The notes under the pieces were generated by a model, which worked only from the letters and a program-made list of their open reading frames with translations, did no database searches and was not told where the DNA came from. From NCBI GenBank assembly GCA_951406725.2, contig OX597819.1, positions 102,114,001 through 102,178,000 on the forward strand: DNA of 64,000 bases. The letters are read 5' to 3'. This DNA comes from Octopus vulgaris. Its lineage: Eukaryota. The translations under genes and the position numbers were made by a program. This document shows positions 25,290 through 40,186 of this stretch, piece after piece (position 1 is the first letter of the stretch; each line of letters starts with the position of its first letter).

Positions 25290-26083
25290 ATACATATGGA
25301 ATATATGCACAAAAGGGAACTTTATACATACTCACACACACACACACACTCTACGAACAAATATTAAGGCTTACTCATTTACTTAAGTGTATATATGTGT
25401 ATATTTGTCGCATAGATTTTTGCTGTTAATATCTGACCCTACTTGACTTCAGCATATATATATATAAAAAAGCTGTTTTCTCAAGTCAAGTATATATATG
25501 CAAAAGACACTTACTGTATGCGTGTGTGTGTGTGTATACACACATTTACACATACCTCTCTACTCACACAGTAATTTCTTCTTATGAATATACATATATA
25601 CATATATAAGTGCATGTATGCTTGTACATATAGATGCACAGATACACACGAACTCATCATATACGTACGATTATGTTATATTACGCATGCACACATACTC
25701 ACACTCATACAGCACGTTGGTACATCCCCCAACAAACCACGTTCCACACGCCTCACTCGCATCAAAACACACACACATACGCACAAACACTCACACACAC
25801 AAACACACACATGCACATACACGCAGAAGTCTTTCCCGACCTCACCCTTCACCGACATCTTCGCCCCGAGCTAGCATGTTATTCTTATAAGAATTTCATT
25901 AAGACTTCGTACGATGCTATGTTCTCGCCGTCTTTTTTTGCAGTTCACGCGTAATTGTAGCGTTTGCCTCCAGGACATAGCAATCGTCAGTGGCTCCCTC
26001 TAATAGAAGGAAGCTACTATCAACGTGTATTTATATATGAATGTGACTGTGTGCATAAGAATATATATAGAATATATATATAA

Positions 26084-26132
<49 letters not shown>

Positions 26133-26518
26133 TCACATACACACATGTGTGTCTGTATGTATATATATGTAGTTACTGTCATATCTAAAATGAAGTTTCT
26201 CACTCTATCCATTCATCCATATATACATACAACACATATACATACGTATGTGTGCATGCATGTATTTAGTTTTGACGTCTATTTGTTATATCTATCCCCT
26301 ATTCTATTTTAATATTGTCTATTATATTTATCTTTATAATATTTCCATTATTCATATACGTACGTTTTTTTTTCCTCACTTCTCTTTTCGCCATTTTATA
26401 TTTATTCAGTCGCAGCTTCTCTCTTTTTTTCTTCTTGTCTTACTATAAATATATTCACACTTATACACAGGAGCACACACATATATATGCTACAGCATGC
26501 ATTCTACTACTACTACTG

Positions 26519-26576
<58 letters not shown>

Positions 26577-26649
26577 AAAGGCATATATGTGTGAAACTGC
26601 GGTGCATATATATATAGATAGACACACATAGATACATACATATATATAG

Positions 26650-26691
<42 letters not shown>

Positions 26692-27155
26692 ATACCTATA
26701 GATAAATATATATACACATATATATACATATATACAGATATATATATATATATATCTAGATACACATACATACACACACACATATATATATATATAATTA
26801 CATATGAGTGTGTGTGTGTACAAGATGATCCAATGAGTATGTTGAGTGTATGTAAATGTTCCTGCTCAGATTAAGCTCTGTGTGTGTGTGTGCGTGTGTT
26901 TGTGTGTGTGTGTTTACGCGTGCGTTTATAACGTGTGTGTTCTGAAATTAATTAACTCTTCCGCCTTTAGAAAGCAATGAAATGTTTGCCAACTAACACC
27001 ACCCCTAGGATCGTAAAACATAAAATCGTACGTGTATATATATATATATATGTATGTGCGTGTATGTATTAGCGGAAAGGGGATGACCAGACCTCTTTGC
27101 TTCCAAATAAATATGTGTGTATACCTAAATACACACGTACAGACATACACACATG

Positions 27156-27207
<52 letters not shown>

Positions 27208-27279
27208 TGTATATATACATGTAGAGGTAGGTACGTACAAATATGTATGTATATATGCATATATTTAATTTATTTATTA

Positions 27280-27337
<58 letters not shown>

Positions 27338-28353
27338 ACGAAAGTATATATAGATGAACTTGTGAAACCTGGCGTTGCCTTGCTGCTATATCCACCGTCA
27401 TCATCATGATAATCAACATGATAAACATGTAATGACTATTAATAATAGAAATGATAACAACGACAGCAACAACAATAACGTGAAACATTTGACACGATTG
27501 TTTCTCAAGCCAGGATTTCGTGTAAACGAAGGCAAATATGAAGACCACCATTGCCATCATCATCATCATTGTTATTAACATGACAGAAAATATCATTTCC
27601 AACACAATTCTCAACAACAGCAAGTCTCACCGATGAGAGATACATTGTTGCTGTTGCTGTGGTGTGTGTGTACGTGTTGTTAAGTGTACACACACACAGA
27701 CATACACATATACATATACACATAAATGGCGGTGCCCCAGCATGGCCACAGCTCGTGAGCTGAAACTAGAATCAATCAATCAATCATACACGCGCAGCCC
27801 TTCCCGCCACCTACGGAGGTTTTGCAAGATCCTCGCTGTGAAACCATGTGTCCAGAGGTTGTATTTTGATAAGGCCATTTTGCTAATAGGAAATGCACGC
27901 ATTGTTTCTTTTATCGTCATTATTAATCAAATAGTTAACAAATAAACCGATTAAGGAAGCAATTCTTTAATTAATCGATCGATCAAGCAATCTATTAACT
28001 GACCTGTCAGAGAAGTTTCGATGCCATCGGCGACCTCATTAATGACATGCCCTATTCTTACCAGACTATATTTGTCAATATATGCACGCATGCATCGATT
28101 AGCTTTTAAATATATTCACACGTATGCTTTAAATATTCATAAATGTTACACTTCTTCACATTATTTCGAAACGTATGGTGGTCTCTGGTTATATTTACTA
28201 AGCGTTCCAGGTGTATTTATGTCACTCTTGATACAAAGAGACAATGAGCGAATGAAGTACAAAATCGAACAAATAACGGATATATTTAGCTGTTTTTCGT
28301 ATATATATCACTCCTTTCTGTCCATGCGTACTTATGTGTGTGTAGATAGATAG

Positions 28354-28423
<70 letters not shown>

Positions 28424-28615
28424 GTAGATAGATAGATACATGCATATATATATAGATAGATAGATATACCTAAACGCACACACATTACACGTGCATGTCT
28501 ACGTAGATATGTATAATATATACACACACACACACACACATATTGATATAAACGAAAACGATTTGATAGATGGATAGACAGACAGATAGATAGATTTAGA
28601 TAACTATCAAGATAG

Positions 28616-28659
<44 letters not shown>

Positions 28660-29114
28660 GCAGAGAGATTGATAGATATACCGCATGTCAGTGTAAGATG
28701 CACTCTTACTGAATTAGTTTCACCTCACCTGCAATGACATATATTAGACAGGTAATGAGAGATGGGAGTAGAAGAAAGGGAGAAAATCTTAGTAATGAGG
28801 GGAAACGGAGAGAGATAGAGAGAGAGTGCGTGTGTAGCCTAAAGCTACTTGTAAAGCACTGATCAAGAGTCTCACTGCTTTTGCTCAGCTAATTAATACA
28901 TGCCTGTAATCAACGTAGTGATATAAAGAAGAATGAGCAGACCACCGCTTGTTGAAATGAACAGCCGCGGCTCAAATCAACATAAAAATACTGAATGAAA
29001 CCTCCCCAAAATTCTGTCATACGATCTTCTAAGATCATATAGTTTGGACGCTTATATTCTGTAGATCAGTTTTTCTACGTAATCTTAGAGTTATGTGCTC
29101 TAACTTCTGGCATG

Positions 29115-29131
29115 CCACAAGGTGGCAGCAC
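29115..29131 (+). promoter_or_regulatory. Candidate CTCF binding site
   Basis: CCACAAGGTGGCAGCAC matches the CCASYAGRKGGCRS consensus with one mismatch and lies in unique sequence. Confidence 0.45.
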
Positions 29132-30762
29132 TAAGTATTTCAGTTATCTACGTCATGCGCAATATTCAGCACATGAATAGATATGTCTGCAATGACGATA
29201 TCTTCGAATAAAAGCAGAGTAATTTCAAAATTACTTTATAAAGCTTGTGTCTATACACCAAACCAACCAACCAACCAACCGACCAACCAATATTTCACTG
29301 ATGTGGAATTCCTTTTTGTAAAACATCAGGAGAATTAGATTCGAGAAAATGGTTAAAAAGGATTTCATATGTGGAAGTTTGAATCTGGGGAAGTTAAACT
29401 AGGAAGACTCAGCTTAGTCTCCCGAGTACGTTAGAGTGAGAACCTCTGTAAAAGCTGATCCGTTTTTCTCAATCATGCTAAACTTCTACAAAATTCGGAT
29501 ATGTGAGACGTAATATGTTTGTACTCCAAATAATGTCTTAAGAAGGACCATGCAACGTTCTGAGTATGCAGTGGGATAGAATTTGGTTTATGTTGACGTG
29601 TGTTTCTGTATGCGTCAACACACACACTTCACTAACGGAATAAACTTCACAACTTTTCTAACTACCTCAACGCTTTATACATATGTGTATCAATATATAT
29701 GCATACATATATATACATATTTCTTAAAATACACTCTTGTAGTGTAAATACTTTGTTTTTTTTATCATTATTTCTTTTATTCTATTTTCATATTAGCATT
29801 CGCACATCGACAGCTTAAACACGAAAATATAGAAAAATTTCTATATAAGAACACCTTTACACACAGACACACACACACACATGTGCGCGCACACACAAGA
29901 AGAAAATCGACGTATTGGCGTTATAGGCCTCCTGCTAAATAGGTTTTCTCTAAATATCGGTGTATAATTCTTTGCAAAAATGAACTTAAATGGTTTATGT
30001 CTCATGGTTTACAGTAGCCATTTAACGCTTATCGTATCGTCTCATCTAAGATATCAGCGCTTAGCCAGCGCGCCACTGGTTTTACAGCATGGTAATGGGC
30101 GAGGATGTTAGGAGGATGGGCAAAGACCAGATAGATGTATGGATCAGATAAGAAACATATAATGTAAAATGAATAGGGGGCGAATTATTGCTACCACGGA
30201 CGCTACCCGCACTCAATGTGCGTGTGCCTTCCATTAGAGATATGAGATACAAGAGCACACATCAGAAATTCTGCGTGTGTGTCTATGTGTGTGCGTGCGT
30301 GTGTTTGTGTGAGAGAGAGGGTTCCTTTTATGGCTTTATGATTTATATGTAAACACGCAAGTATGAACTTATGACAGAAAGGTGGAAGAATTTATACACA
30401 TATCGAGAAAAATACGTTTTCTAAGCTTGTGTACGAGTGTGTGAGCGCATGTATGTATGCACACACACATATAAACATATAAGCATAAATAACTACACAC
30501 ACAGAGACACAAACTCTGTGTATGTGTGTGTGTGTGTGTATGCAAAGAGGCATGAAATATTTCCTTCGAATCACATGTGAAACTGTATCGATCCCTATAC
30601 CTGGTGATTTAGACATGTAAATGAGCAAGCCGAATGCTCGGCCTGAAAGGAGAAAGATGGAAACTGGATGGAAGTCTAACTACTGGCACTGTGACTCTAA
30701 TATTCAATCTTCATACATACATACATACATCAAAATAAGCAACAAGGATAACATAACCAAAG

Positions 30763-30793
<31 letters not shown>

Positions 30794-30921
30794 AATAAAT
30801 GAATGCTCATTGCCGAAGCTGGGAGAGGACACTTCATTAAATAAGGCACACACATAGAAATAAGAATACGTATATGTGTGTCCGTACATATTGTATCAGT
30901 GCACGTATGTATATATGCGTA

Positions 30922-30956
<35 letters not shown>

Positions 30957-31066
30957 CAAATATAGGATGAAGTCCCTTTCTCTACAGAAAAGAATTCCAT
31001 GGCAGTATATGAAAAAAACCTTTACGGTTGAAATATAAACATCCTATTAGCCCTTGCTTATAAGAT

Positions 31067-31101
<35 letters not shown>

Positions 31102-31885
31102 CATTCATATATATATACTTTGTATATATAGATGGATTTACATTATGTATATATGTGAATGAATAGATATGTCCATGCATATACACTATATATATATTTG
31201 AATGCGTACATGTGTATATATGCCTATGTACATAGATTTTTCCATACAGTTACATAATGTATTTATTTGAACGCATATTTGCATGCATACATAAGCGCAT
31301 ATAACTAAAAATATATATATGCTTAAATATAGAGAATTGTGCACATGTATACACGTGTGCATGTGTGAGCCTGTGTGAGCGTGTTTAAGTTGTTCATGTA
31401 TGTGGGGCAACCGGCGGCAAGAGTTTCTAAATTTTGCACAAATATTAAATTAACTTTCCTGAACAGGCAAATATATTAAGTAAAATCATTAACGAAAAAA
31501 TGAAAAGAAAAAGGTAATAAATGAATAGACAAAACGATAGATGGAGACAGATGGAGAAATAGAGTGAAAGATATACACAGACTCGCAAACAGCGACACAC
31601 TGACGTAAACATATAGATAAATAGATATGTTATTGCTGAATGTAATGGTGAATAGGCAAAATGCAAGCAAAACAATATGGCGGAACTGTAATAGACGCCA
31701 TTATGACAATAGCTGGATTATGAAATTATGAAAATCTTATTAGAAGCTTTTGCTTTTAACTTTTTACTTATTTTTCACATGTTTCATCTAAACATCAACG
31801 TAGATAAAACAGAAACATGCACGCACGCGCACACGCTTACAGACAGACACCCAAACATATAAGTGTAAAGACGTGTGTGTGTATG

Positions 31886-31961
<76 letters not shown>

Positions 31962-32390
31962 CATGTATAATATCCGTGATAATGTAGATAAAGAGATTAT
32001 TGCATATACATGGCGGTAGACACAATAACTTAGTTTAAGTGTTATACATACATTGTTTAACGTAGTTATTATATATTTATGTAAGATACTCCGCTTGCTA
32101 ATAACACAATCACACAAAATGCACAAATGTAAATAGTGATATATATCTCGTTAACAGGATATATATTTAGAAAACGAATTCTCTTTAACATTTCTAAAGA
32201 ACATAAATTCTACAAAATTTCTACAAACAATTCCTAAAATATGCCTCCACATGTCTTACACACATAAAGAGAAACATTATATATAAGAGAGAGAGAGCGC
32301 TGTATATGTGCTAGTATGTATGTATGTATGTATGTATGTATGTATATATGTATGTATGTATGTATGCATGTATGCATGCATGTATGTATG

Positions 32391-32440
<50 letters not shown>

Positions 32441-32829
32441 TAGTATCTACATATACGCATATACTTATATAACCTTACGTAACAGTTATATATGTTGGAA
32501 CACTTGTCGCAAGGATAATACAAAACCTGTTTTATTGTCTTATTTTTCGAAACTGAAAGGATCATTTGTCTTTCAGTGCTGTGGCATATATCAAAGTTTC
32601 GATTCTAGGTAAACTTCAGGAAAGTTTAAAACCCGATCCACACCTTAATATTCTATATTGTTGTTAATCTTTATATTATCAGTATGAAGAGGATATATAT
32701 ACGCTGAGAATCCGTGACCATTTATATAACACATATATGTTCAAAAGGTTCGAGATCCTTTGCGTTATAGACTCATGAAGCCGGTCTACCATATCTATTG
32801 TGTATATATGCGCCGGTGGACAGGACGCC

Positions 32830-32985
32830 GGTCTATTGTAGAATTACTCTTTATTGCCAGCGGAGTGGACCGGAACAACGTGAAATTAAATATTCTGCTC
32901 AATTTCACAATGCTTCGACCGACCGAAGAAGCAAAACCACAATCTTACGATCATGAGTACAATGTCCTACCTACCAAGCCACATA
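32830..32985 (-). mobile_element. SINE family C degenerate copy
   Basis: GGAGTGGACCGGAACAACGTGAAATTAAAT...TGCTCAA...CCACAATCTTACGATCATGAG matches 49455-49573 and the reverse complement of 62735-62870. Confidence 0.7.
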
Positions 32986-33163
32986 CACACATCAACATAT
33001 ATATGTATGAATATATGTATCTATATATGAGCCAGCGAGTTGGCAAAACCGTTAGCTTTTCGTATGTTTGCAATCTGAGTTCAAATTCTGCTTAAGTGAA
33101 TGAACCCTTTTCCATCTCCCCGGTTTATATAAATAAATCTCACTGAAGCCGATCTCTGTCTTC

Positions 33164-33211
<48 letters not shown>

Positions 33212-33405
33212 GCATGTATACATACATAAGTGCTCAGTGCCCAATTACAACGGTCATACCAACGTAAGAAGGCAGTTTGGTATAAGGAAGCTTATCTAAG
33301 AAAATGTACTATGGCAAGACAACACCAGTGTTCACATATTCACGTATGCTTACTTTAGTAAATACATACAAACATACATACATTCATACATATACAAATA
33401 CACAC

Positions 33406-33456
<51 letters not shown>

Positions 33457-34045
33457 TGTATGTAGTATTCTCCTTGCAAGAATATATATAGAACAGGTGT
33501 GAGTAGTAATATACTGGCGTACATAGGTATTGAGAAGAAGGGGATAGATGTAAGAGAAATAGATGTACATAAGTTTAACAGGGATGGTAAGGCACTGCTG
33601 TAGGGTTCCATGCTAATTATTCAGCGGAACAACAAGCTATAAGCAGTGACTAATTCCTCATATATAACCACTGAAGCGGAAACCAGGTGCGGTCTTAGGT
33701 AAATCATATTTCCCCGAAATGTAATCTACGGCAGCGCGCGTGGATATGTATGTATGTATGCATGTGTGTGTGTGTGTGTGTGTGTGTGTATGAGAGAGTG
33801 AAAACGAAGGGGAAACAAAGAGAGAGAGAGGAAGAGATTGATATGAAGCGTGTGACGACTGGTAAGTAATTGTGTGTATGTAACTTTAGGTGTATGAATA
33901 AAATGTATATCAATGTACGTGTGCGTCTATGAGTACGTATTCATACGTAAGAGTATGCGTGCCTTTATCACTTTGGGTGTTCAGGCAATGTTCATCATGT
34001 AGATTATATAAAGTCTTTTAACGTGAAAACAAAAAATTCAAATTG

Positions 34046-34514
<469 letters not shown>

Positions 34515-34859
34515 ACGGAGGATTTGGTGGAGAGGCAGAATACGTAATGCAAGGGAAAGAATAAAAAACTAGCGAATAAAAAATATAAAGGAAGAGAGAA
34601 ATGGAGAGGAAGAGAAGAAAAACCAAAAAAAAATAATAAATAAATAAAATAATGACATACAGAAATGGCGGACGAAGAATGTTTGTCTTTCAAGGATGAA
34701 CAAAAGATAATTATGTTGCTAGGAAGGTGCTGATATTGTATGGAAACACTGCCCATGTATTCCGTACACATACACAGGAATACTTTATAATAAAATACGT
34801 ACATGCGTACGTATGCACATGTATGCGCACGCACACATGCACACTCGTGTATGTGCGCT

Positions 34860-35055
34860 TGTGTCTGTATTTGTCCTCCAACACTGCTTCTCAACCATTG
34901 TTGGGGGGTGTTTTCGTTCACATAATCTAGATGTTCGTCAAAAGAGACCGACAGAATAAGTACTATCCTTGAAAACAGTAAGTAACGGCGTCTGCTCATT
35001 CGATTAATACTCCTTTAAGGTGCTTCCTAAACATGGCTGCAGTTTAATGATAAAA
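34860..35055 (+). mobile_element. SINE family B 3' body, degenerate
   Basis: TTTGTCCTCCAACACTGCTT...GTTCGTCAAAAGAGACCGACAGAATAAGTACTA...CATGGCTGCAGT. Confidence 0.7.
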
Positions 35056-35181
35056 ACCATTCAGCCCCTGGGACCCACAAGGCTGGTTACTCGGTTTCTC
35101 TCACTCTCCTTCACTCTCACAAACACACATATACGCACATTTACTCAGTGATGTATTTATGTAGAATAATACTTCATGTGA

Positions 35182-35219
<38 letters not shown>

Positions 35220-35481
35220 GTAATGCGTAGCTAGTAAAAAAGGAAAATAACTCAATTTAAATTCACTCTGCAGAATGGAGAAATATAGAGAAGGAAAGGT
35301 GGGGGAAACAAAGGGTCAACGGCCTACGTTGTTAATAAAATCTCGTTTATGATAATGAAGTGCCGTTTTCGAAATACCACTAATTATAATAAAATATTGC
35401 AGTGAAATTGACTAAAGTGGAGAAACAGTCTGAAAATAATTCATCATCTTCACCACCACCACCACCCGCAATATCATTATG

Positions 35482-35522
<41 letters not shown>

Positions 35523-35757
35523 TTATATCAATCCCTCATTTAACTCGTAGTTTATTTTTTTAAAACGCGGAAGGATATCAGTTGATTTTGGCGTGATTTA
35601 CCTCTTATATTAAAGTGCATGCAACAAAGATTGCTAGATATTTCTTTTTCTTCGATTCTCCAATGATTGTTAACATCTCATTAAGCAACTGAGACATAGC
35701 TTAATCAAATTTAGTAGTTTTTAATACAAGAAATCTATAAAAAGCAATACACACTGC

Positions 35758-35922
35758 TAGTGCCATCTTAAGGCATATGTAGATTGGGCAGTTGCCCGGG
35801 GGCCTCATAAGTCAAAGCGATCTTCTAATCTACATATGGTATACCTTGCAATCATAAATAAATACTATAAAAACTCTAGCTTTGATTTGCCCGGGATGGT
35901 ATAAGTTGCTAAGACTACCCTG
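35758..35922. mobile_element. Possible decayed hAT-like MITE
   Basis: Imperfect terminal inverted repeats TAGTGCCATCTTAA / CTAAGACTACCCTG and subterminal TTGCCCGGG twice. No clear 8-bp TSD. Confidence 0.3.
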
Positions 35923-37022
35923 CTTATAACATAACTTTGATCTCGAATGATTGTACATCCTTAGAAAGGAAAGTGGTTGAGGACGATTGAATATACAGAA
36001 GAATACAAGAATGCACTTATTAATGGTGGCTACTGCCTTTATTACTTTCAAAGAGGGTCCGATACGTTTCCTTGTCTGTGATGAAGAAAATGTAAATCGA
36101 TTATATTCGTATCAACAAATTTCTCGCTGAAAATTTGCTTAAACTTCGAGCAGTTAAGGTCTGGACGTAAGCAACACGAATAACGAATGTATTGATAACA
36201 TGTAGGTCAATGACAGGGAAGGTCATAAAGCCGCTACTGTACATGGGCCATTCGTATATAAAAGACTAACTCTAGTCTGGACGTATTACCCAGCTTCAAC
36301 GAGTCAGTATAAACAACCAATATTGGCGATATTGGAAGTAGATATCACCACTGGAGAGGTGGCAAAGTATATACATGTCTTCTGTAATATAGATGATAGA
36401 TGTTGTCAGCAGAGAGCTTTTCCTGTGCAATACACCACTATTACATAAGATGTCAGATATTTTTTATCTGACACAATCTCAGATAAAAAAATATCTGAAG
36501 GCTTACTAACGTAGCAAAGCTGATTGACACACGACTATCCACAAAATTTGAGTTACCAATTTAAATGTACTCTGGCATCCATATGAGCTTCACCTCTTCC
36601 AGAAGACAAACAGACAATGCAAAAATACTATTTAACGTTACCACACGGAGGAAATTTCATACAGTACATAATAGACTTGGTGGCATTCACCACGTCAAAA
36701 TATAAAAATGCCGTACTAATAATCGACTCAGAAATACTAGATGACTGAAATCCTGCGCGAAAGTGAGTTGAAAAACTTGTTGAACTAAATACCTCATGTC
36801 AGTCAAGGAATGTGTCTGTGATTCACTCTGCAATAAGCAGACTTGAACTGAAAAGTACATTTTTATAAAACTGCAATACTTAGATCGATAAACAGGTTGA
36901 AGATTTTCTTACATAAACTGTACTGAAATTTAACATTTTAACATTTCATCATCACGGATATTCACGTTAAAATTCAACATCACCGTTAAATCTGACCCTT
37001 ACTATTCCTCTCCAAGATGACA

Positions 37023-37061
<39 letters not shown>

Positions 37062-37302
37062 CATAATAATAATAATAATGATAATAATAATAATAATAAT
37101 AATAATAGTAAATTTCATAACTATCTCTTTTGGATTTTAATATAGGAACGGTACAAAGAATTGTCCAATTGATTAATTTGAAGGTAAGACCTTGATTGCT
37201 GTGTATTTTATCGAACTTTTGGACTGGATTGGAGTTGTGTCCTGTATCTCTTCTGCCAGCAAGACTTTTATTATGAAAGTATTTGATGTTCACGCCTTGT
37301 TT

Positions 37303-37381
<79 letters not shown>

Positions 37382-38787
37382 CACACACGAATAAACGAAG
37401 AAAGACAAATGGCTAAACATTGTTCTATGAAGTCTTACCACTTTATGTGAAAATTATTATCAAATATGATGGCAGAGCGTAATATTAATGACGGCATTGT
37501 GATTTGCTGGCCACGCCAACGGGAACTTATAAAAGAAAATCGTTTTGGCTATATAACTGAGTGCATTATTAGCTATAAAAGAAGTATTACATTAGCTGAG
37601 ACATAAAGATTTCCTTCCGATCAAAGAGCACTTAGGAATGAAAAGATCATTTGTTTTACAAATTATAGATGAGCACCTTATTAGCTATAAATTGCGATCG
37701 ATTTAGCTACAGTCGAGTAACTTAATAGCATACAATTACATACAACAGTATCGGTACTTAACTATATAAATTGTATGACCGTCCGACATAAGGCATTGCT
37801 GCCTGCTACTTACATGAAAACACCTTTAGGAACAATAATAATAATAGTAGTAATATAAGTAGCAAACCAATGACATAGCCTTTATGTAGTCACTCGTACT
37901 GTAAGAAATAGTAAATATCCATCAGATCATACTTAAGGATTGCTTAAAATTCTTGTAGTGGGGATAAAGTAGTCATACGTGCATTATTATGAAGATAAGA
38001 GAAGATGGTTATGGCTAGAACGCTTATGATATGCTAGCTCGATCAAGGTAGAGCTGGATTCGAATATCATCAGAATCGATGACGCGGTTCTGAAATGTTG
38101 CGCTGGGAATTTTAACCTAGCATAGCATTTTGTCCTTTTGTGATCGATATATAAAGTAGTCTAGGACGATATTTTGATAGAATTGGTCAAAGAGGTTCTG
38201 TTCCCTAGGAGACCAATTATGTGGATCCAGAATTCAGATGAAGCCATCAAAAATCTAACAGCATTCAAATATCGACATTGTAAATACACGCCATCTTATA
38301 AGTGACGTTGAGTGATTTCCCTTACATTGATACCTATTTTTACATATTTGTCATTTACAACAGTTAAAGGGAATATAATTTAAAAGCATTTGTGAGGGAA
38401 ACAATAGTGGTATAGGCGAGGAATACTACCGGTCAACAACATTAAATACATGAGATGTGTTAGAAAAGTAAATCAAAATTTGCTTACCAAGAGAAAATAC
38501 TTTAGAAATAGCAAAACTCTGAGCAGTTATTTGACTTCCTTGAGACAGAGAGTTAGAAACGTAGTGCTTGTACGTTAGTACAACGCGAAATGTGTTAGAA
38601 TAGAAATGAAGTGATCGTAAATATAAAGATAAGTGACTAGCAGCGGACTATACGCCTAAGACTGCTTTAAAGTGACGTAAATGAAAACCTTCCATTACAA
38701 TGTTAATTTATGTTCAAAGCACCAGTTAAATAATGACTAAGTTATTTTACTAAATTCTTCATTACTTTTATAATTTATTGAAACAAA

Positions 38788-39224
38788 TATTGTATGGGGC
38801 TGAGACATGGCGAACAACAGTTAAGTCAAATAAGCAAATACAATCATTCATCAACAGATGCTTGCGTAGTATACTTCAAATTAGATGGCCCGAACACATA
38901 AGCAATATGGAGCTATGGCAAAGAACAAATGAAGTTTCGATTAGGGAGCAAATATTTAAGAAAAAGTAGAAGTGGATTGGTAGCACAATTAGAAAAGAAA
39001 CACCAAATATAGCGAAAAAGTGCTTTACAGAGGAAACCGGATGGATATAGAAAGAAAGGTAGGCCTAAGAACTCGTGGCGGAGATCAACACAAAAGGAAC
39101 TAGAGAAAGGGGGACATTCATGGTAGAGTATAAGTACAGAAGCGAAAAATTATGCGACATGGAATTCAACTATAAATGGCCTACACTCCGCGTTGCAGGG
39201 TTAAAGGCATAAAGAAAAAAAGAA
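38788..39224 (+). mobile_element. 5'-truncated RTE-clade LINE (C-terminus of the RT-encoding ORF plus A-rich tail) with 8-bp TSD
   Basis: Translation LYGAETWRTT...FINRCLRSILQIRWPEHISNMELWQRT...*KWIGSTIRK...(frameshift)...GYRKKGRPKNSWRR...SW*...W...GLHSALQG* is typical of RTE C-termini. It has two internal stops and one frameshift. GAAACAAA occurs at 38780-38787 and 39225-39232. Confidence 0.9.
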
Positions 39225-40130
39225 GAAACAAACAAAAACGGTGCATATCAACCGAAATTTGTAAACAAAAGGATTCAGATATATTGGCATATACATAACA
39301 TCACATATACTCGCAGGAGATATGAGATCCCTTAATAACATACACACGCGCGCGCACGTATTTCTACAGATATACAAATATACATCTCTGTGTGGACAAA
39401 TTGGGAAAGTCTAGAGCGCTAAACAACACATTCCGATATATATTTTGGGTCTTTATACTCGCAGTTCAAATCCCGTTCAGATTTCGATTGCAGAATACAC
39501 TTTTATGGATTGATAGAATTATGTGAGTGAGTGTAAGAGAGAGAGAGAGATGCAGACCGACAGATAGAGACAGAGAGACCGAGAAAGAGAGAGAGAGAGG
39601 GAGTTAACAAAGAGAGAGTGAGAGAGAAAGAGTGAGAAAGACTGCTAATGAATCTTCAGTCTACCCACAAAATTAATGTGGCGTGATTTCATAAGAACCT
39701 TGTGCGAAAGATTTTTCCCTAGCATTTCATTTCATATGTAAATGTGTGTGTGTATGTATGTATTTACATATATATATATGTATCATATATACATATCCAC
39801 ATACATACATATAAATATAGACATGTATACACACACACACGCACACATATTTATATAAACATGATAAGAAGGTGAGAAAGTGAGGCACTTTGTTGTGCGC
39901 ATGATGTAAAAGTGTTTTAGTATTTGCATCTATTTGCCTTATTGTTGATGTATTTCATATTACTAATTAAAGCTTTGTTAATAGGTAAATGAGCGTGTAA
40001 AGCGATCAGGGTGTACATTAATATAGCTGCAACAGTAGTGTAATTAAAGCAGGCGGCGTATGATTGTGGTTAATGAACAAAGTTGATTGCTTTGCTGGGA
40101 CACATCTTATGCGATTGATCAATGGAATGC

Positions 40131-40186
<56 letters not shown>

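Noticed and set aside
38778-38969. 63-aa ORF as a host exon
   Set aside because: It is part of a truncated RTE LINE with stops, a frameshift, an A-rich tail and a TSD.
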